64,000 nt of DNA, from the NCBI GenBank assembly GCA_041688155.1, contig JBDNIW010000014.1:9517-73516 (forward strand), read 5' to 3'. Below are positions 59,105-64,000 of the stretch, piece after piece. Source of the stretch: Minisyncoccota bacterium (lineage in GTDB: Bacteria > Patescibacteriota > Minisyncoccia > Phycocordibacterales > UBA918). Positions within the stretch are counted from its first letter, which is position 1. Every line of letters starts with the position of its first letter. The notes under the pieces are model-generated. The model searched no databases. It was not told where the DNA came from and worked only from the letters and a program-made list of their open reading frames with translations. The position numbers and the translations under genes were made by a program.

Positions 59105-61603
59105 ATGTCAAATGTTCCCTCCAAGGTGCTAAAACCAGCTCTTAAGAAAACCAACCGGGTTACAGTACCGTCCAGAAAACCATTAGTAGCTACAAAGGTA
59201 ATCCCTAAAAAAAAGTCACCACCAAAGAAAACATCAGCCACAAAACGACCTGCTGTAGCTGCAAAAAAACCAGTCACCAAGCGGCCCAGTGGAGTCAATA
59301 ACCCAAAGCAGACGGCCAATCCATTAGTGGTACTGCCTACTAGAATGAGTATTAGAGCCAGGGAAAAAGCTCTTGCGTGGACGGAGGAGTTTGAAAAACA
59401 ACTACATCGACCAGCGTACGTGCTTACAATGACGTTTGGGTTACTATTTGTGGTGTTTGGTTGGCTACTTGAGATTAGTGATTTCTCTTTTGACTCTACG
59501 TGTACAGACGCGAGTTGTGTACCACAGCAAGTAGCAACAGTGGCTGCTAGTCAGGTTCCAACCGTTACTCTCATTTCTGCGCTCCCGGCAGTCATCAATA
59601 CCAGCGAGCGGTTGGTGATTGATACCGAGCGGCTTGATCAGATTAAAGGCTTTGTTGAGTCATATGACACTTCTGGCACAAAACAAGTTAAGGAAATAGT
59701 AGTGAACAAGCTACAGAGAAACGTGTATCGAGTCACCATTCCCGGACACCAACTTGTACCAAACTCATACACATTACGTGTTGATGCGTACAACGTCGCA
59801 CAAAACGTCACCACTATTACTCTTGGTCAGTTCAGTGTCGTAAGTGCAGCAACCCTAAACAATACTACCGCTAATAATGTTAGGGGTAGTATTGCAGAAC
59901 CAAGTGTCAGCGGCTCAGATCTGCAAACTCCTGCCGAGACAATCACTGTTGACTCTGATGAAATGAAAGTAACCAATGACCCTAACGTCACACAAACACA
60001 TTCCATCAACAATGCTAAGCCTACTCAGACGCAAACCGTGGACATTGATAAAACGGATGATGTTGTGCTGGTAAAAGAGGTTGATACACCTCTAAACCCA
60101 GCCACCCTCAACCCAGCCATTCCCTCGACAATCAAGATTTCTAGCAGTGCGGTGCTGTCAGGCATTGCCACTGTTTCAATTGATTCATCAGTGACAAATT
60201 TTATTTCAATCTATTTACGCCGAGTACAAAGTACTGAAAAGCAACTGGCTGGCAGAACCCACGGTTCAAGCAAAACTTTTGTACTCAACACTCGGAATTT
60301 TCCCAATGGTGAATATGAGTTGTTCGCTGAGACCAGTACTGTTAATGACAAAACAGTAAGTAATTCGCGTCAGATTACCATTAGCAACCAAACAGAGAAG
60401 CTTAAAGCTGTTGTTCCCCTCACGCCTCCCGTCATTAACGAAGAACGTGCGGTACTTAGAATAACTAGTGATGTTATTGACCCCGTGGGATCCCCGAAAA
60501 CTCAACAATCAGAACCCCAACCAAATTTAACTAAACCAGAAACTGATAACGTATTACAACAAGATACATCACCACAAATAGGTGTTTCAACGACTCAGAA
60601 CTTTGACATACATGAGCACATTAAACGACGAACTTTGGAAAAGCTAGCCAAAGATACCGACACCCTTGATGCATTGTTTACCAGGTTTGCTGTAGCGATT
60701 CAGTCTGGAGACGTAGATTTGATTAGAGAGTCACGGCAGGCAATAGCAAATTACCAGCGACTCATTGTCGAGCTGGCTCTTGCTAACGAAGAAGATAGAT
60801 TTATCGCTGATGATCTGTCTACTTCACTTGAAGTAGAGCTGGAACAAATCGCAAAAAAAGTAGAAACGTTTGAAAGCCTCCGCCGGGAACGGCTCGAAGG
60901 CAGTTCAAGTACAGATACTGACGGTGACGGTATTACTGACATTGATGAACGGGTGCTGTTTGGTACGGATCCACTCCGGGCTGATACTGACGGTGACGGA
61001 TTCACTGATGGAGTGGAAATTATCAAAGGTTTTGATCCCCTTGATGCCGCTAGCGAAGCAGTTATAGTGTACCGTTCACCAAGAGAAACAGTCGGTATCA
61101 CTGCTAATGAGAATCTCCAAGTTACCGAGGTGATCCCAACTGTGCAGCTAGCAAATATGACAGATGAGACAAGTGAGTCGGTTGTACAGGCAACTGTTCG
61201 AGGTAGGGCTCTCGCTAATAGTTTCGTTACTTTGTACCTATTTAGTACTCCAACAGTAGTGACCGTCCGTACTGAAGCTGACGGCTCGTTTGAGTACACG
61301 TTTAGTAAGGAGCTCGAAGATGGCCAACATCAAGTGTTCGTCGCGCTCACAGATAACACTGGAGATATCATCGCCCAAAGTGCTCCCTTCACCTTTATCA
61401 AACAAGCTGAAGCGTTTACTAAGGTAGATGCAGAATCAATTGTGTCCGATAGCCAGTCAGGTGTACTGCAAGGTAATCAGACATTTGCCTTTCAAACGGT
61501 CTTATCCATGTCAGTGCTGGCGCTAGGCATTCTCCTGATCTTACTTGGTATTGGTTTACGAGCAAACCGGCCTGAAGAACTAATTGCCGACCCAGCTGCA
61601 TGA
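59105..61603 (+). CDS. large membrane protein: Lys/Pro-rich cytoplasmic N-tail, TM, Ig-like repeats, tandem thrombospondin type-3-like Ca-binding repeats, C-terminal TM
   Basis: 'KKSPPKKTSATKRPAVAAKKPVTKRP'; TM 'VLTMTFGLLFVVFGWLL'; 'DTDGDGITDIDE...DTDGDGFTDGVE'; C-terminal 'MSVLALGILLILLGIGL'. Stop overlaps kinase start (ATGA). Confidence 0.6.
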   Translation: MSNVPSKVLKPALKKTNRVTVPSRKPLVATKVIPKKKSPPKKTSATKRPAVAAKKPVTKRPSGVNNPKQTANPLVVLPTRMSIRAREKALAWTEEFEKQLHRPAYVLTMTFGLLFVVFGWLLEISDFSFDSTCTDASCVPQQVATVAASQVPTVTLISALPAVINTSERLVIDTERLDQIKGFVESYDTSGTKQVKEIVVNKLQRNVYRVTIPGHQLVPNSYTLRVDAYNVAQNVTTITLGQFSVVSAATLNNTTANNVRGSIAEPSVSGSDLQTPAETITVDSDEMKVTNDPNVTQTHSINNAKPTQTQTVDIDKTDDVVLVKEVDTPLNPATLNPAIPSTIKISSSAVLSGIATVSIDSSVTNFISIYLRRVQSTEKQLAGRTHGSSKTFVLNTRNFPNGEYELFAETSTVNDKTVSNSRQITISNQTEKLKAVVPLTPPVINEERAVLRITSDVIDPVGSPKTQQSEPQPNLTKPETDNVLQQDTSPQIGVSTTQNFDIHEHIKRRTLEKLAKDTDTLDALFTRFAVAIQSGDVDLIRESRQAIANYQRLIVELALANEEDRFIADDLSTSLEVELEQIAKKVETFESLRRERLEGSSSTDTDGDGITDIDERVLFGTDPLRADTDGDGFTDGVEIIKGFDPLDAASEAVIVYRSPRETVGITANENLQVTEVIPTVQLANMTDETSESVVQATVRGRALANSFVTLYLFSTPTVVTVRTEADGSFEYTFSKELEDGQHQVFVALTDNTGDIIAQSAPFTFIKQAEAFTKVDAESIVSDSQSGVLQGNQTFAFQTVLSMSVLALGILLILLGIGLRANRPEELIADPAA

Positions 61604-62940
61604 TTTCAAAGTTTCTGTTCACGCTAGAAAGTGGCTGGAAACAAGTCCGGTCCAATTCAAAACTGTTGTTCATTGTGGTCATTTTGTTTGTATTTCCACT
61701 GCTTATTATGTTGGTCATGCAACAGTTTAATGCGGTTGCTACGGCCAATATTCAAACCGCTGAATTCAAGCGAACTGATACGCTTCACAGCTCGGTTTCA
61801 GCTGTACTGCGAGCCAGTGACATGGGAACCGTTAATCGCTTGGTGCAGGATCTAGCTGCTGACTCGGCGGATTTGACTAGCTTGCGCGTGTATGTGGCTT
61901 CGGATGCAAACGTAGTCGAAATCGTCGCTTCTTCTGATTTGACTGAACTAAATGCTACGTCAACCCTATCCACGGTTTTGCAGTTAGGTAAAGTTGAGTT
62001 TGACCAGACGTTTACGGTACCACTCATAATTGCAACGGGACGGATTGAGCAAGCCGTACGATATGTTGAGACTACTAAGCAGAGTTATTACATATTTTCG
62101 GAATACTCTAGAGCCCAGACAGACACAGTGTTGAACCAAAGAACCCAGGACTCGTACTTACTCCTGACACTTATTTTTAGTTTTTTGATTGGTCTTGCCT
62201 ACTGGATTAACCGCCAATCTGATTGGGAAAAGCGACACAACAAAATCAAAACCACACTCGACGAACGTGATTTATTTACTACTATGATTGCGCATGAATT
62301 CCGTACACCACTAACTGCCATCAAGGGCTACGCCAGTTTCCTACAAGAATCAACCACGATGTTACCGGAGGAAATCCGATTCGCAGACACTATTCGAGAG
62401 TCAGCGGAACGGCTAGTGTTACTAGTGAATGACTTTTTGGAAATTGCTCGCATCCAGTCAGGCAAACTGACAATCGAAACAAAACCAGTAGACGTTCGCT
62501 CCCAGATACAAACAGTCACGACGTCGCTTGCAAAAGAAGCCAACACAAAAGGTCTGCAGTTGATATATACTCCGAACCTACAACCACAGATACTCGTCAC
62601 TGATGCAAATCGCTTTGTACAAATCCTCGCCAACATTGTTAGTAATTCAATCAAGTATACCGACAAAGGTACGGTTGAGATCAGTAGCGAGATGGAGCGA
62701 GCCGGTCTGGTGATTAGAATCAAAGACACTGGTATGGGGATAAGCGCTGAGGATCAAAAGCGTCTGTTTGCGCCATTTGCTCGAGTGGGCGGGGTAGACA
62801 AAACCACCACCACTGGCACCGGACTAGGGATGTGGATCACAAAACAAATGATTGAACTACTTCATGGCACGATTGCGGTTGAGTCGATTAAAGGTGTTGG
62901 TACTCATATTGTGCTGCGTTTCAAACAGTCAGAGCGGTAG
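61600..62940 (+). CDS. sensor histidine kinase
   Basis: two N-terminal TM helices flanking a periplasmic domain; HisKA 'MIAHEFRTPLTAIKGY'; HATPase_c 'GTGLGMWITKQMIELLHGTIAVES'. Confidence 0.85.
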   Translation: MISKFLFTLESGWKQVRSNSKLLFIVVILFVFPLLIMLVMQQFNAVATANIQTAEFKRTDTLHSSVSAVLRASDMGTVNRLVQDLAADSADLTSLRVYVASDANVVEIVASSDLTELNATSTLSTVLQLGKVEFDQTFTVPLIIATGRIEQAVRYVETTKQSYYIFSEYSRAQTDTVLNQRTQDSYLLLTLIFSFLIGLAYWINRQSDWEKRHNKIKTTLDERDLFTTMIAHEFRTPLTAIKGYASFLQESTTMLPEEIRFADTIRESAERLVLLVNDFLEIARIQSGKLTIETKPVDVRSQIQTVTTSLAKEANTKGLQLIYTPNLQPQILVTDANRFVQILANIVSNSIKYTDKGTVEISSEMERAGLVIRIKDTGMGISAEDQKRLFAPFARVGGVDKTTTTGTGLGMWITKQMIELLHGTIAVESIKGVGTHIVLRFKQSER

Positions 62941-62980
62941 GGCTGGAACAATCAGCCAATCAAACGTATACTAACGCTTT

Positions 62981-64000
62981 ATGCCCACTGAAAATCACCC
63001 AAAACCCAAGAAAACCAGCACTAATTGGAGCGACGACACCACCAAAGACCAAAAAATCATCGTCAAAGGGGCTCGTACGCACAACCTCAAGAACATCGAC
63101 GTTGAAATGCCGCGCGGCAAAATGATTGCTATTACTGGGCCATCAGGGTCAGGTAAATCGTCGTTGGCGTTTGATACTATTTTTGCTGAGGGCCAGCGCC
63201 GGTACGTCGAGTCGCTCTCACCCTATGCGCGGCAGTTTTTGAACAAAATGCAAAAGCCTGACGTCGATGAGATCAGCGGACTATCGCCAGCCATCTCAAT
63301 CGATCAAAAATCAGCCAGTCGCAACCCGCGCTCGACCGTGGCCACCATTACTGAGATCTATGACTACCTCCGGATCGTCTACGCGCGCATTGGACAGCCG
63401 TATTGTTTAGATGTTGACGTGCCAATTCAAAAACTCTCCCAAGACGAGATTCTTGGTATCGTACTCAAGTCAATCGAAGACAACGAGGTCAAATCTGCCC
63501 AGAAAAAAGAACGCGTGATGGGGATTGAAGTCAGCAAAGGTCGAGTATCTATTTTTTCACCACTGGTGGTCGGACGCAAAGGTGAGTACTACCAATTGCT
63601 CTACGACCTACTTGGCAAAGGCTACGAAACAGTCAAAATCGACGGCCAGATCAAGCAGTTGCGTGAGAAAATTATCTTGACCAAGACTAAACGTCACGAC
63701 ATTGACGTTCTGATTGACGAGATCTACGTCAGCGAGTTTACCGATGACAACAAAGGTTCTCGTGAGCGCCTGAGCGAAGCCGTCGAACTAGCACTAGCAG
63801 AATCCAACGGACTGGTCAAAATTGAGAGCCCAGACGGCTCCAATCGCACCCTGTCAGCCAAATTCATTTGTCCGATTGACGGATCGTCGTTTCCTGAAGT
63901 TGAACCGAGACTGTTCTCTTTTAACTCGCCGTACGGCGCTTGTCCTGAATGTAACGGCCTAGGAACGGTTGGTATTTTTCAAAGTGATGAGTGTCAAAGC
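62981..64000 (+). CDS. uvrA: excinuclease ABC subunit A (N-terminal part; continues beyond window)
   Basis: '[58 protein letters not shown]'; zinc-finger 'CPIDG...CPECNG'. Confidence 0.9.
   Translation, partial: MPTENHPKPKKTSTNWSDDTTKDQKIIVKGARTHNLKNIDVEMPRGKMIAITGPSGSGKSSLAFDTIFAEGQRRYVESLSPYARQFLNKMQKPDVDEISGLSPAISIDQKSASRNPRSTVATITEIYDYLRIVYARIGQPYCLDVDVPIQKLSQDEILGIVLKSIEDNEVKSAQKKERVMGIEVSKGRVSIFSPLVVGRKGEYYQLLYDLLGKGYETVKIDGQIKQLREKIILTKTKRHDIDVLIDEIYVSEFTDDNKGSRERLSEAVELALAESNGLVKIESPDGSNRTLSAKFICPIDGSSFPEVEPRLFSFNSPYGACPECNGLGTVGIFQSDECQS

Overview
The window is a gene-dense, mostly plus-strand bacterial chromosomal segment of about 50% GC. Roughly 65 protein genes and one tRNA can be supported from sequence.

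Housekeeping anchors are groES-groEL, secG, RNase J, typA/bipA, tgt, an FKBP isomerase, htpX, lemA, uvrB, the start of uvrA, a photolyase, a MutY/Nth-like glycosylase, umuD/umuC, an ECF sigma factor, a two-component pair and an Hsp20. The many small secreted or membrane-anchored hypothetical proteins and the overall gene content suggest a reduced-genome (CPR/Patescibacteria-like or monoderm-like) organism. That taxonomic call is inference only.

The most interesting structures are:
(i) A tRNA-Ser(GGA) followed by a low-GC two-gene islet at about 25.5-26.9 kb. It is bracketed by ~150-bp direct repeats that each end in a copy of the tRNA 3' end, and it has no integrase.
(ii) A conserved QEGLA/DUF1704(HExxH) - 7TM - ATP-grasp::retropepsin three-gene cluster at 1.06-4.56 kb.
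(iii) A REP/RAYT system: an IS200-like Y1 (HuH) transposase gene flanked by two identical 22-bp perfect palindromes (55.4-56.1 kb). A third solo copy sits at 36.05 kb, exactly at the junction between an anti-sigma-like gene and its pseudogenised tandem paralog.
(iv) A roughly 7-kb surface-protein locus (44.3-51.4 kb) built from a duplicated two-gene cassette, with alternating intact and decayed copies.
(v) umuD and umuC split by a GH18 hydrolase gene and a terminator.
(vi) A response regulator - TSP3-repeat membrane protein - histidine kinase operon wedged between uvrB and uvrA.

No CRISPR array, rRNA gene or integrase/recombinase gene was seen.
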